A stretch of DNA of 64,000 nucleotides from Macrostomum hystrix (lineage: Eukaryota; Animalia; Platyhelminthes), in the NCBI GenBank assembly GCA_950097015.1, contig CATNEN010000039.1, forward strand, positions 13,764,001 to 13,828,000. Direction: 5' to 3'. The position numbers and the translations under genes were made by a program. The notes below the pieces were generated by a model, which worked only from the letters and a program-made list of their open reading frames with translations, was not told the origin of the DNA and did not search any database. This document shows, in pieces, positions 62,550-64,000 of this stretch (its first letter is position 1; each line of letters starts with the position of its first letter).

Positions 62550-63500
62550 CATTGGGTCGGTGGATGGGTCAGCTGATTCTGATCTGGGTCGGTGGATGGG
62601 TCAGCTGATTCTGTTCTGGGTCGGTGGATGGGTCAGCTGATTCTGATCTGGGTCAGTGGATAGGCCAGCTGATTCTGATCTGAGTCAGCGGATGGGTCAG
62701 CTGATTCTAATTAGGGTCAGTGGATGGGTCACCCAATTCTGATTTGGGTCAGTGGATGGGTCAGCTGATTCTGATCTGGGTAAGTAGATGGGTCAGCTGA
62801 TTCTGATCTGGGTCAGTGGATGGGTCAGCTGATTCTGATCTGGGTCAGTGGATAGGCCAGCTGATTCTGATCTGAGTCAGCGGATGGGTCAGCTGATTCT
62901 AATTAGGGTCAGTGGATGGGTCAGCAGATTCTGATCTGGGTAAGTGGATGGGTCACCTAATTCTGATCTGGGTCAGTAAATCACCTAATTGTAATCTGGG
63001 TCAGCTGATTCTGATCTGGGTCAGTGGATTGGTCACCTAACTCTAATCTGGGTCAGTGGATGGGTCAGCTGATTCTGATCTGGATCAGTGGATGGGTCAG
63101 CAGATTCTGAACCGGGTCAACGGATGGGTCAGCTGATTCTAATTAGGGTCAGTGAATGGGTCACCTAATTCTGATTTGGGTCAGTGAATGGGTCAGCTGA
63201 TTCTGATCTGGGTCAGTGGATGGGTCAGCTGATTCTGATCTGGGTCAGTGAATGGGTCACCTAATTCTGATTTGGGTCAGTGAATGGGTCAGCTGATTCT
63301 GATCTGGGTCAGTGGATGGGTCAGCTGATTCTGATCTGGGTCAGTGGATGGGTCAGCTAATTCTGATTTGGGCCAGTGGATGGGTCAGCTAATTCTGATC
63401 TGGGTCAGTGGATGGGTCAGCTGATTCTGATTTGGGCCAGTGGATGGGTCAGCTGATTCTGATCTGGGTCAACGGATGGGCCAGCAGGTTCTGATCCCTG
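62550..63500. repeat. ~32-bp minisatellite tgggtcagtggatgggtcagctgattctgatc
   Basis: Tandem units read directly. Confidence 0.95.
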
Positions 63501-64000
63501 ACTCTGGGTCAATAGATAAGTCAAGTATTTCTCATGCTTGTCAAGGGCTATGTTAACTTGAGTGTCCCATAATTATAATAATATGAAAATTGGCAGCAGA
63601 AAAATAAAACAGCCTTTATAAAAATGAAGCTGAACAGATGTCCACTGTGTTTGTATTTCTGTTTCATAGTTAACTGCATTTTTGCGCTGAAATCGATATG
63701 GAAATAAAATCAAACTTTTAAGAGCTTTTTTAAAGAAAAAAAAAGTTACTATCCTTAATTTTCGCGAATATAGTTTCTAAGCTGACCAAAAAATGCCATA
63801 CTTACCTCTGATGAGTAAGAAAATTTCATTTTTAATTTTAACTTACATTAGCACGATATTAAAAAGGGAACAATAAATAATAATTGCAACACAAAAATTT
63901 AAACTGCAACACCGGATACAGCGATGTGAGCTAGATTAGCACAAATGTGTTTGTTAATTTGTTAAGACCACAGGGGGGTATTTTAAATACCTGCATTTTT

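Overview
Eukaryotic (animal) genomic DNA, not prokaryotic. Spliced genes, CAG/polyQ-rich exons and introns packed with minisatellites suggest a free-living flatworm such as Macrostomum (inference only). Genes in order: 3' part of a TRPA1-like channel (+), a VGLUT/SLC17-like transporter (+), SLC12A9 (-), PLK4 (+), a cation-type nicotinic acetylcholine receptor alpha subunit (-), two paralogous secreted PAN/LamG-like genes (-), a small secreted hypothetical protein (-), SNAPIN (-) and a small membrane protein (-). Between the two paralogs lies a P-element-family transposon with an 8-bp TSD, into which a Tc1/IS630-type element has inserted. About a quarter of the window (my rough sum is 17-18 kb) consists of about 27 mostly unrelated minisatellite arrays, and there are about 11 copies or fragments of one tRNA-derived SINE plus two other SINE types. 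The most notable observations are: (1) reverse-complementary minisatellite arrays bracketing two nAChR exons joined by a GC-AG intron, one array apparently amplified from the splice donor; (2) inverted arrays of Pol III B-box-like units flanking the whole VGLUT-like gene; (3) two lectin-like paralogs with near-identical 5' parts and strongly diverged C-termini; (4) a clear U12-type minor intron in SLC12A9; (5) a PLK4 intronic array built from 23-nt GT...AG units. Exon coordinates were read by eye and may be off by a few bases.
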